A stretch of DNA of 64,000 bases from a virus, in IMG/VR virus record IMGVR_UViG_3300025141_000022, positions 64,001 through 128,000 of that record; one strand, written 5' to 3'. The notes under the pieces are model-generated. The model was not told the origin of the DNA. It was given only the letters and a program-made list of their open reading frames with translations, and ran no database searches. Positions 1-13,300 of the stretch are shown here, one piece after another; the first letter of the stretch is position 1; each line of letters opens with the position of its first letter. The translations under genes and the position numbers were made by a program.

Positions 1-544
1 ACCGGCATATAAAACACTATTTGAATATTGTTTTCCAATGGATAGGTTTTTGTCCCTTACAACAATCTATAATGCTCACAGCACGATTCCATCTATTGGG
101 CAGCACGGAGAAGGCGCCGACGCTTCCAGCGGCTTTGACACCCGCACAGATGGCGAAGCTGATGCCGAAACCGACGAAAATTGGGCTGGAATAGATTTTC
201 CACTAAATGCAATTTTTGGAGATGTTGGCCCCGGTGGAATATTTGGATTCCGAGGGTGGGACCAAGATGTTATGGATGAGACTCGACGCCGCTGTAAGCG
301 AATTTTCCGTAGTTATTATAACAACGATGACGAAGGGTATGAAGATGAGGATGACGCCGATGAGGGCGGTCCTATGGGTCGCCTAAGAGATAGGATGCAG
401 CCGGCCAACTTAAGTAGAAAAGGTCTGAGATGGTGGCAAAAACGGTGGTTTAAGAAACAGCATGGCCGAGGATGGGAGTACAAACCAGATGCCCTTCTTA
501 TCGGAACCGATACATGCCCCGAAGAAGAGGAAGAGGACCTTTAA
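1..544 (+). CDS. 3' end of a gene truncated by the window start; acidic C-terminus, probable virion/baseplate-associated protein
   Basis: The frame of ORF 38..544 stays open back to position 2 (PAYKTLFEYCFP-MDRF...), so the ATG at 38 is probably internal. It lies directly upstream of the gp25-like gene. Confidence 0.55.
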   Translation, partial: PAYKTLFEYCFPMDRFLSLTTIYNAHSTIPSIGQHGEGADASSGFDTRTDGEADAETDENWAGIDFPLNAIFGDVGPGGIFGFRGWDQDVMDETRRRCKRIFRSYYNNDDEGYEDEDDADEGGPMGRLRDRMQPANLSRKGLRWWQKRWFKKQHGRGWEYKPDALLIGTDTCPEEEEEDL

Positions 545-584
545 TTGTCAGCAAAGAAAACTTGTATATAATTACAAGAAAACA

Positions 585-593
585 ACTATTTAT
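585..593 (+). promoter_or_regulatory. Putative late promoter motif ACTATTTAT
   Basis: Instance of the ACTAnTTA motif recurring upstream of structural gene starts; 28 nt before the ATG at 621. Confidence 0.55.
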
Positions 594-620
594 ATTTTAG
601 AGGAGCGATAAGACTAAGAA

Positions 621-1013
621 ATGGCCACAGGAAGATCCCCACGATTACCGCTATCCACTTCAGATGAAGATGGGTTCACAATGAACAAAACCATTTTACA
701 GGTCTGTCACCAGAACCTGAAAATGTTATTGCTCACGAATCCAGGCGAGCGTGTAATGGATGCGAAATATGGAGTAGGGCTAAAAACATTCTTATTTGAG
801 CAAAATGTAGCAGGCTCTCATACCAAAATTGATATGAGAATTAGAGAACAAGTTAGTAAATATATGCCCTATATAAGAATTGATAAGATTGGATATAATC
901 AAACACTTGACACATGGGAAAGAGACGCTTTTCCAAATGTGCTATTCATAAAGATTACTTATACCGTATTATCTACTGCCCAAACCGCCACTATGGAACT
1001 TCCAGTAAGCTAA
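621..1013 (+). CDS. Baseplate wedge protein, T4 gp25/GPW-like
   Basis: 130 aa with QNLKMLLLTNPGERVMDAKYGVGLKTFLFE, the characteristic gp25 family motif; followed by a gp6-like gene; AGGAG RBS. Confidence 0.9.
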   Translation: MATGRSPRLPLSTSDEDGFTMNKTILQVCHQNLKMLLLTNPGERVMDAKYGVGLKTFLFEQNVAGSHTKIDMRIREQVSKYMPYIRIDKIGYNQTLDTWERDAFPNVLFIKITYTVLSTAQTATMELPVS

Positions 1014-1046
1014 CGTCACAGAGACTAAAAAGGAGCCAATTTAAAA

Positions 1047-2864
1047 ATGCCACGCCGAGCAGCACCACAGATTGATTACACCGCAAGAGATTTCGTTACA
1101 ATTAAGAACGAATTGATGGAATACGCCAAAAGGTATTATTCTGACTCCTTTAAAGATTTTAGTGATTCTTCTTTCGGCGCTTTAATGCTAGATACGGTAG
1201 CATATGTGGGAGATAACCTATCATATTACATTGATTATCAGGCAAATGAGACATTTTTAGATTCTGCCCAAGAACGACGAAATATTATTCGAATAGGCCA
1301 ACAACGTGGCTATAAGTTCAGAGATACATATACGTCATACGGAACCTTATCGTTCTACATAATAGTCCCAACTAAAACTACTGGATTGGGTCCAGATATG
1401 GAATACGCACCAACATTAAGAGTGGGATCACTATTCGGAACCAATAGCGGCGGATATTTTCAATTAACTCAGGAAATAGACTTTTCCGAATCATCTAACG
1501 AAATTGTTGCGGCTAGAATGAACGACAGTACCGGCATTCCGACGCATTATGCCATAAAGGCTTTTGGAGCCGTCATGTCGGGCTACCCTAATCAGTTTAG
1601 CGTCAATATGGGAGCTTACATGAGATTTCCAAAAGTTTATTTAGACGTGCGCGATCAGATAGCTGAGATATTATCTGTCACAGATTCTTTTGGAAATATA
1701 TATTACGAGGTTCCCTACCTGTCACAAAACACTGTTTACCGTGTTAGATATAATGGTTCTAAAGAGGCGACCGATACAGCCGCTGCCCTAATGATGCCAC
1801 AAAGGGTTCCAAGGAGATTTACATTTAATTTTGATCCGCACAAGAGTCAGCATTATCTCCAGTTTGGTGCAGCAAACCCAGATCAAGAAACTATAAATGC
1901 TGCAAATGTTTCCGATCCAAGCAACGTTGTTATGGATTTGCACAACAGAGATTACACAAACGACACAGACTTTGATCCAGCAAGACTTTTAAGTACGGAG
2001 AAGATGGGGATTGCTCCTGCGAATACGACTCTGAGAATAATTTATAGAGCGCACAGATCTACGACTGCTAATGCAGCTGCCGGCGCAGTCACCAAAGTAA
2101 AAAATGCAAAATTAAGATTTAAAGTTCCTGGCTCATTAACAATGTCAAAGAAGCAGGCTGTTATTAAATCTTTAGAGTGTTATAACGAAGAGTCGATAAT
2201 TGGCTCTGTCAATGCTGCTTCGAATGATGAGATGAAGATGAGAATAAAAGATAATTATACAACCCAAAATAGAGCAGTGACACAATCTGATTATGTTTCT
2301 TCAGTATATAATATGCCAGCTAAATTTGGCCAAATTCATCGTTGTATGATTTTTAGAGATGATGATTCGTTTAAAAGAAATTTAAATTTATATGTAATCA
2401 ACAAAGGTGCGAATGGAAAGCTTAGAACTACACCATCACAACTTAAGCAGAACTTAAAGATTCATCTTGCTTCTGTTAAAATGATTAACGATACTATTGA
2501 TATAATGGATGCTAAGATAATTAACCTAGGAATAAATTTTACCGTGCAAGGGCTACCAAACATACCCACAGCACAAGTGTATCAACAATGCGTTAATATA
2601 TTAAAAAACTCCTTTGCTGCTGCCGATTACTATATTGGTGAGTCAGTTGGCATAGCCGAACTATATAAAAGACTCAATGCCGCAACATTAGTGCAGGATG
2701 TAAAAGACATATCGATTGTGAGAGCAAAGGGGCCAAGATATTCAGATATCAAATTCAACCCCAAAAAGCATATGTCCGCAGACGGCCGATGGCTCCTGTG
2801 TCCAAAGAACTGTATTTTTGAATTTAAGTTTCCGAATCGAGACTTCACAGGAACCGTTGAATAA
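1047..2864 (+). CDS. Baseplate wedge protein, T4 gp6 / baseplate J-like
   Basis: N-terminal IDYTARDFVTIKNEL...DFSDSSFGALMLDTVAYVGDNLSYYIDYQANETFLDSAQERRNI and the QNRAVTQSDY motif typical of gp6. Confidence 0.9.
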   Translation: MPRRAAPQIDYTARDFVTIKNELMEYAKRYYSDSFKDFSDSSFGALMLDTVAYVGDNLSYYIDYQANETFLDSAQERRNIIRIGQQRGYKFRDTYTSYGTLSFYIIVPTKTTGLGPDMEYAPTLRVGSLFGTNSGGYFQLTQEIDFSESSNEIVAARMNDSTGIPTHYAIKAFGAVMSGYPNQFSVNMGAYMRFPKVYLDVRDQIAEILSVTDSFGNIYYEVPYLSQNTVYRVRYNGSKEATDTAAALMMPQRVPRRFTFNFDPHKSQHYLQFGAANPDQETINAANVSDPSNVVMDLHNRDYTNDTDFDPARLLSTEKMGIAPANTTLRIIYRAHRSTTANAAAGAVTKVKNAKLRFKVPGSLTMSKKQAVIKSLECYNEESIIGSVNAASNDEMKMRIKDNYTTQNRAVTQSDYVSSVYNMPAKFGQIHRCMIFRDDDSFKRNLNLYVINKGANGKLRTTPSQLKQNLKIHLASVKMINDTIDIMDAKIINLGINFTVQGLPNIPTAQVYQQCVNILKNSFAAADYYIGESVGIAELYKRLNAATLVQDVKDISIVRAKGPRYSDIKFNPKKHMSADGRWLLCPKNCIFEFKFPNRDFTGTVE

Positions 2865-4354
2865 TGGCTATTAAGAGATATACTGCAGATGCAGACAATG
2901 TAATTACAAACGCTTATGAAGAAAATCTTTCTACCAGGGCTACCGGCTCTAATATGGGCTTGTCTGATGTTTTAGAAGTCTTCTCGGTATACGCTCAGGC
3001 TGACGCGACCTCTACTGAATATGCGAGATCGTTGGTAAAGTTCCCCATCTCCTCTATTTCCACAGATAGAACTGCAGGAACTATTCCGGCTACAGGGAGC
3101 GTTAGTTTTTATTTGAGAATGTTTAACGCCGAACACTCCGAGACATTGCCAAAAAACTTTAAACTAGTCGTAGAGGCAATCTCGTCTTCATGGGACGAGG
3201 GCCATGGCCTAGATATGGACACATATACACACTCAGGCACGTCAAACTGGATATCAGCTTCTAGCACTGCGGCCTGGACTTCTGCCGGCGGCGATTTTCA
3301 TTCAGAGCCATATTATACTGCTAGTTTCGATGACGGCACCGAGGATTTGGAATTAGATATTACAGCACTTGTTGAGCAATGGATAGCTGGAACCAAAAGT
3401 AATTATGGTCTTGGCGTCAAGTTGACCTCTAGTCATGAATCTGAAACCCGGTCATATTACACCAAAAAGTTTTTTGCACGAGGTTCGCAGTATCTCTTTA
3501 AGAGGCCAATCATCGAGGCACGCTGGAATTCAGCTAAGAAAGATGATCGAACAACGTTTTATTATAGTAGCTCGTTAGCCCCTGCAGCAGACAATTTAAA
3601 TACTCTTTATTTGTACAATTATGTTCGTGGTCGTCTGCGTAATATCCCTGGCGTTGGGACGGGAAATGTTTATGTAAGTTTATATTCTGGTTCTTCAAAC
3701 AACGTGTTGCCAGATGGAGATCCACTAACTTTGGTTGCCGATGGAACTTATGTTAGATCTGGTATTACTACCGTGGCCACAGGTGGATATGTAGAAACAG
3801 GAATTTATTCCGCTTCTTTAGCAATTACATCAGCAGCTACCCCGTTAACAAAAGTGTTTGATGTTTGGTTTAGTGGTGGAGATAGTATTAGCGGTGGAGG
3901 CGTCGGGGGTGGAACATTGTATCATACAGGCTCTATTGTACCAACTGTACTTACAGCTTCCGTGAACAATCCAAGCACAGATTATGTAACATCGATAACA
4001 AATCTTAAGCCAATTTATAAAGATAGTGAAACAGCAAGAATAAGAGTTTATACTCGTACAAAAGACTGGAATCCCAACATTTACAGTAAAGCCGTCGCGA
4101 CCGCCGAATCAAGAACTATAGAGAGTGGTTCATATCAGGTCTATAGACTTTCTGATGGAATGGTGGTGGTGCCATATGGAACAGGAAGTCTATTGCATAC
4201 ACAAATGTCTTATGATGTATCGGGTAATTATTTTGATTTTGATATGTCAATGCTACAGCAAGGGTACGCATACGCATTTCAGTTTGCCTATTACAATGGT
4301 GCAGTTGGAGACTGGCTGGAGCAGCCAGAATTTTTTAAATTTAGGGTCGAGTGA
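2864..4354 (+). CDS. Putative baseplate/virion structural protein (beta-rich, Ser/Thr/Gly-rich)
   Basis: 496 aa, translationally coupled to the gp6-like gene (TAATG overlap). The N-terminal half resembles DNRLRE-type beta-sandwich domains (LELDITALVEQWIAGTKSNYGLGVK). Confidence 0.6.
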   Translation: MAIKRYTADADNVITNAYEENLSTRATGSNMGLSDVLEVFSVYAQADATSTEYARSLVKFPISSISTDRTAGTIPATGSVSFYLRMFNAEHSETLPKNFKLVVEAISSSWDEGHGLDMDTYTHSGTSNWISASSTAAWTSAGGDFHSEPYYTASFDDGTEDLELDITALVEQWIAGTKSNYGLGVKLTSSHESETRSYYTKKFFARGSQYLFKRPIIEARWNSAKKDDRTTFYYSSSLAPAADNLNTLYLYNYVRGRLRNIPGVGTGNVYVSLYSGSSNNVLPDGDPLTLVADGTYVRSGITTVATGGYVETGIYSASLAITSAATPLTKVFDVWFSGGDSISGGGVGGGTLYHTGSIVPTVLTASVNNPSTDYVTSITNLKPIYKDSETARIRVYTRTKDWNPNIYSKAVATAESRTIESGSYQVYRLSDGMVVVPYGTGSLLHTQMSYDVSGNYFDFDMSMLQQGYAYAFQFAYYNGAVGDWLEQPEFFKFRVE

Positions 4355-4361
4355 GTAACAA

Positions 4362-7300
4362 ATGAGTGTTAAAGATTTATTTGAAAAACAAAAATTAAAA
4401 GTTATAGCTAATCAATCTCCTGACAGCCAAGCTTCCGATGTTGAGTCGGCCGATTGGGTTGCCTCAAAGATGGCCAGTGATAAAACTGTTTATCCAAGAA
4501 TTGATTTTACAACCGCATCAAACTTTGCTCGTTGGGGCTCTGCAGAACAGTATTATAAAGACGCCTGGACTAGAATTGCAGATCAGTATCCTTATGATGG
4601 CTCTAAAACTGAAAAGCAACAGTGGATCCAAAACTCGTCACAATTTGATTTATTCATATTCGACACAGAATATCCCAGGACCACTGGATATGTTACCCTA
4701 TCGTATAACGGCGGTTCAGGATGGGGAAATACATCTTCTTCTGGAATTAGTGCCGCACCATCTGGCGGTTATGGATTCCCTTCTGATGTAGAGTATATTG
4801 AAATCTTAGGTGGACCGCATACCTCCTCTGGTGGAATGGTAGGCAAATCCCTACATTCAGTCTTTACTAGTTCCAATAAGTTTCATGACGATCTGACAGC
4901 TTCATATGATTTTAGATATGGAACAAGAGAATCAAACTTAAAATATGATCTTAATTATGTCAGTGGCGGTGTAACTTTAGAATTTTGGTTCAAAAAAGAA
5001 TCTTTCGATGCTACCAAGACACGAAAAGAAATTATATTTGACTTATGGAATGGCAAGGCATCATCGAGCACAGACTATGGTCGCCTCACGGTTGAGTTAA
5101 CTTCATCACATGAAGCAGGGACGCCGTTTAGATTAACCTGTATGTCGGGCACAACTGGTGTCAACTTCGGATTGTTGGGCTCGGATGTTACAACTGGTTC
5201 ACTAGAAAGTTGGCAACACTACGCTATTTCTGTAGGTAACACCGGAAATGGCCATCTACAAGCAAAATTGTATATTTCTGGTACACTTAATGACGAAAGA
5301 GTATTCAACAATCAAGCATTCACGACTCCAGTTACAGGAGCACTAAACGCTTATATCGGAGCACTGAGGACAGCCCCATCAGGCGCTACAGATGTTTCTT
5401 TAACTAGTTCATGGAAAGGTGCTGGTAAATTATCAGCTTCTATGGATGAGTTTAGATACTGGAAAGGACTTCGTACAGCTAAAGATATAGGAAGAAACTG
5501 GTGGACACAATATGCCGGCGGCTCCAATACAGATCTTTCTAATACATCACTGGGTGTGTATTATAAATTTAATGAAGGCGTTTGCGAAATTGAAAAGCAT
5601 GATACTGTGCTTTTGGACTATTCTGGACGAATTACAAATGGATCTTGGGTTGGATACACACTGGGCGCAAGAAATACAGGATCTGCAATTGTTTCCTCTA
5701 GTTATACATCGGCCTCAGCCGAATTTCATGATCCAATTATCTATAGAAACCATCCTACAGTAGCTGCTACATGTGATAGACTTTTAGTGTCTGGCTCCGA
5801 GTGGGATTTATACAACAACGCAACGATTTTTGGAAGTATACCAGAATGGATTACAACTGACGACGATCCAAGCACCGGCACAGGCGCAAATCAATTATTG
5901 CAGCTAACACAGATAATGGGTAGCTATTTTGATACAGTGCATGCACAAATTGATTTCTTAAATCAGATCAAAGATCCAGCATATATGAGTGGCAGTACTT
6001 TAAGTTCTAGAGCTTTTGAGCATTCTAAAAGGCTTCTTGAAGATCAAGGATTGCTAGTGCCAGAGCTGTTTATAGATGCAGACATTATAAGTCAAATTGA
6101 TCAAAGAGACGAAACGCGTGAATACGAGATGGATCTTGTTGATGTCAAAAACATGATTTATCAAAACATATATAATAATTTGACTTACATGTTTAAGTCC
6201 AAAGGTACAGAAAAGAGCCTTAGAAACATGCTCCGATGTTTTGGTGTGGATGACGAACTTATTAAGATTAATCTGTACGCCGATTCAGTTAAATACAAAT
6301 TTCTAGATAACTATCGCACTATCTCAGTAAGAAAGAACTATGCTGATTTTAATGATCCAGATCGATTCGACTCATCTGTGTATCAACAGACTGCTAGTAA
6401 TAATGCAGATAGCGTATCATTTATTTCGGGTTCTGGAGATGACGCCAAAGAGCCATCATTGGGGATGACCACGACATGTGAAGTTTATTTCCCAAATAAA
6501 TTGCCAGAAGATCATGAAGCATATTTTGATACACCATTTACAACGGCTTCCGTTTGGGGTATGCATACAGCAGATGGAGATAATCCAACTGACTTTGCCT
6601 ATACAACAGCCACCAACTACGCTAATTTCCATGTATATGCGATCAGGGATGAATTAGAATCACCACACGTTTCTTTCATGCTTTCTTCTTCGGCGCCCTA
6701 TTATATGCCAACGCTGACGAGTAGTTTGTTTTACGATGTATATGATGGGGATAGATGGCACCTATCGGTAAGGGTCAAGCCTCAGCCGGTTGACTTAGTG
6801 GCAAGTGGAAGTAGTGGTAGTTATGATGTAGAGTTCCATGGCGTGCAGATGATAATGGGAACTGCACTCAATGAGTTTTTAGCTACAGGTTCGATGACAA
6901 ACGCACAAGGTAAAGCATTCCTGAAATCAGGAAAGAGGCTCTATGCCGGCGCCCAAAGAACAAATGTTACAAGCTCTGCCGTAGTGAAATATAGTGATGT
7001 AAGACTCTCTTCTGTGAGATATTGGGCCGATTATCTTGAATTAGATGCCTTACATGCCCATGCAAAAGATTCTAAAAATGTTGGCGTACTGTATCCTGAT
7101 AGGAGCATTAGTGCAGCCAACACAACATTAAACAATAGAAAAATTCACAAAGCAAACACATTGGCTCTTCATTGGAGCTTCAATAATCTTTCTAGCTCCG
7201 ATGATGGTGGAGATGCAGTTGGCACCGCTGGCTCCAGTGATGCAGGGTTTTGGATAGAGGATGATACATCTGGCTCTGTTACACTTAAAAGTAGAGATGG

Positions 7301-10300
7301 CTGGATGGGCGGAATCACGGGCCCACAACACACCGCCCGAGGCAGCTACTACATGGCTAGTGATACAGGCAGTATTTCACAGCAGCACATTTCTACGATG
7401 AAGCAAAACATACCTGAAGCTATGAGTATGACCGATCAGATTGAGATTCGTTCACAAGATGATTTGACGTTCACAAAGGATTCGCGGCCAATAAACATGT
7501 TCTATGCAATCGAGAAGAGTATGTATCAGACGATCTCTGAAGAAATGCTCAACATGTTTGCTACAATTGTTGAATTTAATAATCTTATTGGCGAGCCAGT
7601 ACATAGATATCGACAAGAATATAAAGATTTGTCTGTACTGCGACAAATGTTTTTTGAAAAGGTAAAAAATACACCAGATTTAGATAAGTATATTCAATTT
7701 TATAAGTGGCTTGATAGTGCATTGTCAATATTACTAATGCAACTAATGCCAGCTTCAGCAAATTCATCTAATGGTATTAGAACACTAGTAGAAAGCCACG
7801 TCTTAGAAAGAAACAAATATTGGAATAAATTTCCAACATTAGAAATGAAAGTGGATGATCCTGAATCCGGCGCCGAAGGTATCAATAAGCACCTGTATAA
7901 TTGGAGATTTGGGCACGCTCCAATAAGCAAAAGTGAAAGAGATAATGTTTTTTGGTGGAACCAAAGAGCGGAAAGGGATGAGGATATTTCTACCCTTGCT
8001 GGTGCAGCCATTTCATCTTCTGTTGCCGATGTCAACACAGACAGAGCAAGGATGTTATCGTCAAGTGTACAGGTATTGACTAGAAAATACACCACACCAT
8101 TTAGATTTGCCGTAGATGAATCAAAAGAATATCGTGGTGGAGTTAATGCAGAGAAGAACAAGAAGCGCGATCTGGTTTACACCATGACCACTCCAGCCGG
8201 CCATATTAATGTTCCAACAGAGATTCCAAAGAATATTATGATTGTTGATGATATTGATGTTGGTACAATGGATCGCGGCCCAACTCGGCCTGGCAATAAT
8301 GATTTGGACATTCTTGAGCCAAACAGAAAATACAAGTACAATTTTAAGCTTCGCACATTTAAAGACGATCAGGATCCCAAAGACTCATACGTTTCAATAA
8401 TGAAGGGTTCCTTTGCGGTACCATTCGTCATTGTCAGTTCTTCAGTTACCTCTGGATATAACGCAGACTTTATTGATAAATTTATGTCTGGAGCACAAAT
8501 TACTAACTTACATCATGACGCGTATGGACCGGATTACGAAGTGCCGATGCAAGGCCCGTTCACTAACAAATATGTTGGAGGACATCAGAGCCGTCATATT
8601 GAATTGAATTCATATGCTTCCCGCGCAGCAGGTTCTGCATCAGCACATGCCGGCTTAGATAGTCATCTGACACGTCCTGAAGCTTGGAAATTGCTCTTTG
8701 GACCGACAGTATGGGAAGCTGCAGCGCATGATACTGTAGCGCTCGTCTCTGCCTCTATGTTGGGTTTTGTGGGTGCAGACTATCCTCACCCTGTCGGAAA
8801 CCCCGGCGAGCCCTCATACCCCGTTACAGCGGCTTTAAAGGCAACTCGATATAGAGAAGAGCACGCTAAGCGCCCGGTAAATATTCGGAATATCATGCTT
8901 ACAACCGGCTCTTACACTTTAGGTGCCGGCCACGAATTGTTGCGACACGCGGCTCAAACAAAGGCCCCTACGGTTCTTGGCAACTATAGAAAGCCTTACA
9001 ATTATGTGCATACTGCTGGACGGATAACACAGAGAAGGTATCTAAGAGACTTTTCAGGCTCTTCTGTCTTGCCGGAAATTTTAACTGGCTCTGGCCTACA
9101 TGCAACGACTAACCCGCATGCCTTGATTGGAATTTATAATCCCAGATATGGTGGAGTTGGTGTTGTGTTTGGCAGGGATCAATCACAACTATTTAGGAAT
9201 AGAAAGTCCGACGATTCAGCATACGAGGATGGCCGAAGTGTCTTTGAAATGCCGAGAAGGCAAAAACAAGAAGTTGTATTTGTAAATAGATTTTCCGCTC
9301 CTGGCTCTTGGGAAACCAGTCACGGGTTCTTAGATGTACACTCTGGAGAATACTCAGTATATAATAGCTTAAACTATAGAAATATGTTTGTCCGTGGTTC
9401 CTCGTCAGGCGAGGGTAATGCATCAATTTATAGAGTTTCAAACCATATGACTAGAGACATGTCTCACCTTACAAGAGAAACTAGAGATGGTCTTGCGGCA
9501 TTATTACAGCGTCCTGCTGGTCGATTCGGAATTGACTCTGTATATGGTGCCGTAACGGCTGAAGATTATGATGCCTCAGCATCATTCCACAAAGTTCCTA
9601 GAAATCTTCTTAGAAGGCTAGAGTTTAATAAGACTGGCTCATATGATCTCTCATCGGAAGGTGGCCCATCGGTTGGAGCAAGCCTTAATAGTGAAACGTT
9701 CACAACGGCTTCGAAGTACGATAACTTCTACATTCAGCACCCTATTCCAAGATCAGATTTCCAATATAAGTGGATTCATGATTCTGCAGGTCGCTCTATG
9801 AGAACGGGTAGCCATTGGAGTAAAAAGTGGCAGCAAGGCGACTTATGGTTTGGGTATGCTCCGGTTGACGGACTACTCTCAGGTTCTGATCCCGATAGTC
9901 CTGAAATGTGGGCCTCGGCTTTCACATGGCCGACCAGCAGTGATTACGGATTTGTTACTGCATTATCAGGTGGTGGAGTAGCAGAAGGTAAATTAATAAA
10001 CTCTGCTAGTTACGCCGGCCATGCTAACAGCGGATCCGCCAAGTTCCTTTTTGCTCTTAATGAAAGAATACATACCGGGTCCGACAAGGGATACAACAAC
10101 AAAGCAGACACAAACCTCAACACCGACGCGCTTGGCCGCCAAGCATATAGAAGCTATAGATTCAATTGGGCAATGAAAAACTTCCCAATTGTAGATCCAG
10201 TTGTGGCAGAGTCTAACTCACTGGGCCATTTTGCTTCAGGAGCACACTCGCCCCCAGGAATCAGTGTAGGTATTAATAGTGACGGCGGTGCGATTGATCC

Positions 10301-13300
10301 CGACCTTCGCACGACCCCGGAGAAACGCGAAGGAAGAGCCGGTATTGGTATTTATCCAATAGATGGCGCCACTGACGTGTTCGATAGTTACAGGTGGATT
10401 ACAGCTTCTTATTGGGCCGGCCAAGGTGGTGATGAAACCCTCGGCCGCAATCCGCATGTGGCCTTTGAGGCCATGGTGATAGCCGCTGATGGACCCAAAG
10501 AGTTTGGAGGAGTGTGGAACAACGTCAAGACCGGTTCTGGTGATGATAAATGGCATCGCTGGATAACTCTTGCCGATGATAATGATATGGAAGAACATTT
10601 CGCTCCCCCTGATGGTGCAGCCATTTCTCACCGCGATTTGGTTACAAATGTTGAATTGACAAACGCTTTGATTCTACAAAGAAACCGTGGACCCCATGGG
10701 TGGCCATCATGGAAACAAATTAGAGGCTCAGAGCATCCAGTTGTGATAGCTCAAAGAAAAACAAATACGATTTCTGTACTAGATGAGCCAGTTACTATAA
10801 CGTTGCCAATGACAGCTAGCAGTACAACACTGTCCTTGAGCCCGTATGTTAAATCATGGCGAGGCCACAGGTTTACAAATTATGTGGAACCCGTTGTATC
10901 AAGAAACCACCCAATGGTCACAATTGTTGGAGATGCAGCGGTAACACACACATACAACAATAATCTAGAAATGTTTTCAAACCCTGTACTAAACGAGAGG
11001 TTAGGCACATTTAGCTCTAATGAAGAAGGCAATCAGATGTATGATTCTCTATTGCCGACATACGCGACAGCCACAGGTATTACTCGTGTAGGAGGCTTAC
11101 AGCGACCTTCATTCGGCCTCAAGTACACCGAAACAGTTTTCCCACGCAAAGAGAATGCCTATCAGCGCAAGTCTTATTATAGAGAAAACTGGAATACAAT
11201 GTATTGGAAGAATAAGAGATGGGAAAGAATGGAAGGTCGCGGTGCGCTATTTGGAATCCCCTTCGGCTTGCCAATTAGTCACTCCAATCATCCTTCTGCC
11301 GGCGGCTTTGTTGAAGGCCGACATGGGCTGTCCCAGTCATATTGGCCATTTGCTGCCACCAATCATGGCGTTGTACAGGACGCTTCGAATACGCCGGGGC
11401 TTGCATTTGTAAGAGTTGCCTCCGCTAGCGTTTGGCCCCTGGACGCAAGGCAAAACTTTGCTTATGCCCCAATTGCACCGGTCCTTGGATGGGATTATAC
11501 GAGCAGCGTTGACTACGGATATGGCACAACGAATGATGGAAACCCCTTCGGAAATGGGATTAACCCAGAACAATTAGGAGAGGATTTTCAACTGCATGCA
11601 ACAGGTACTTTTCGAACTCTAAGTTCTGATGGTGGCCTTCGTGCAGCTATTGCCGGGCACCCGACAATGAGCTATTTCGGTTACAGCCCCGGCTCACGAA
11701 TACCAGATCCTGCGATTAATGGTTCTAACTCTTCATGGTTTTATGTTCGTGGAGCCCCTTGTGGCATTCTGCAAAATAGTTTTACACAATTTTCCTGTTC
11801 GTGGAATGAAGAACTTGAGCGCCAATGGGAACAGTCCACTGGATTAAGTGCCGCCGAGATAAGCACTCAACGCCAATACGTTTTAGGCAAAGGGCCAAAA
11901 AGCCGGCCAATGTTTATGGCAGGTCCGATTTATGCGAGAAGGCATACACTTCCGACAGCATCTTCGCTATATTCTCCTTCTCATGGCTTTGCCTCCATCG
12001 AAATCATGGCCGACACGACCGCAACCCCTGGAGGTACAAACCATTGGAGACTGTCTGGCTCAAATACCATAAATACAGATCAAATGTTTGGAGGCGACAC
12101 TCTGTGGGAAGCCGGCGATCAGGCCGCAGCCCAGGGTTCTTGCTCCTTGGATGCCCCGTTCTATGAATCTTATGAGGATTATGCTAAAGATCTAAAATCA
12201 AGAGGAAAAGGGTACGGCCTGATCCCAGAGTTTAGGATTTCCGATCATATGGAAGATTATATTGTCAATCATGACGGTAATTTCATGACAGAAAACTTAG
12301 ATTACTTTAATGTTACTGGGGCTTCTGGAGTTTCAGGGTCTAGTGAAGACGACTTCTTTAAAATATACAGCAATACAGACTTTATGAAGCACTTTGAAAA
12401 GATTAATAATGATCATGATTTTACTGGCGGCCCAGCGTCTATCTCGTTAAAAATGAAGGCGATAAAGAAATTCGTTCCATATAGTAGTTTTTATCCTGCT
12501 CTTCACACTGTGGAAATGTCAAAATTGTTTGCTAAGTGTTATGGCGAGTATGTTATAAATCCTGCCCGACCCGCAGATAACGAAGCCGGGGATACCTTTA
12601 AGTGGGGTGCTATGAACAATGAACAAGCGGCATTTTGTAAACCCTTCTTTGGCCCTGGAGTGTTGTTTAATGCGATAAAATCAGGAATTGCAGTAGACTA
12701 CCCATTTACTACTGGTTCTACCACAACATTTGCGGCTCATGAAGCTGTCGCAGCACCGTATTGGCCTGTCCTTGCTGGCTGGTCCGGTCTTCCCGTGTCG
12801 GCTTCTACGCTGGCCGGCGGCGCAGGACACAACTGGGGCGCGATCCCTTGGCTAGTAGAAGATAAAACTGGACATACAGCCAATAGCTCACTGAGTATGA
12901 GTTATGACTATTCCTCTCAAAAGATGCTGGGCGTCAAACATGGAAACGCAGATGGTCCAGGCTATCGCGGCTTTCTGGAATCCACCGCCGAGTTGTTGGC
13001 ATTTTGTGCTCAAAATAACAATATGTTAAATTGGAGCAGCTATTCAAGCAACGTAGATCATGGATCAGCCCGTCTGCTATATACCGCTGAAAGTACTGTT
13101 TATAATCCGCAGGCGTCTTATTACAAACGCTTGCCATTTGAGGCTCTAGTGGAGCCAGAAAAATATGTTAAGGATCAGTGGATCACATGGGATGAGCCAC
13201 ATCCATCGTGCTCGTTTACAAGAAGCTACGCCGGCGGAGGCCACATGCCTGAAGACGGAACATGGTCAGCGACCTTTACGCCCTCTATGGGTACTGCCTC

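Noticed and set aside
621-1013. gp25 as a lysozyme/endolysin
   Set aside because: The family is often mislabelled; no catalytic lysozyme motif is present and the context is the baseplate wedge.
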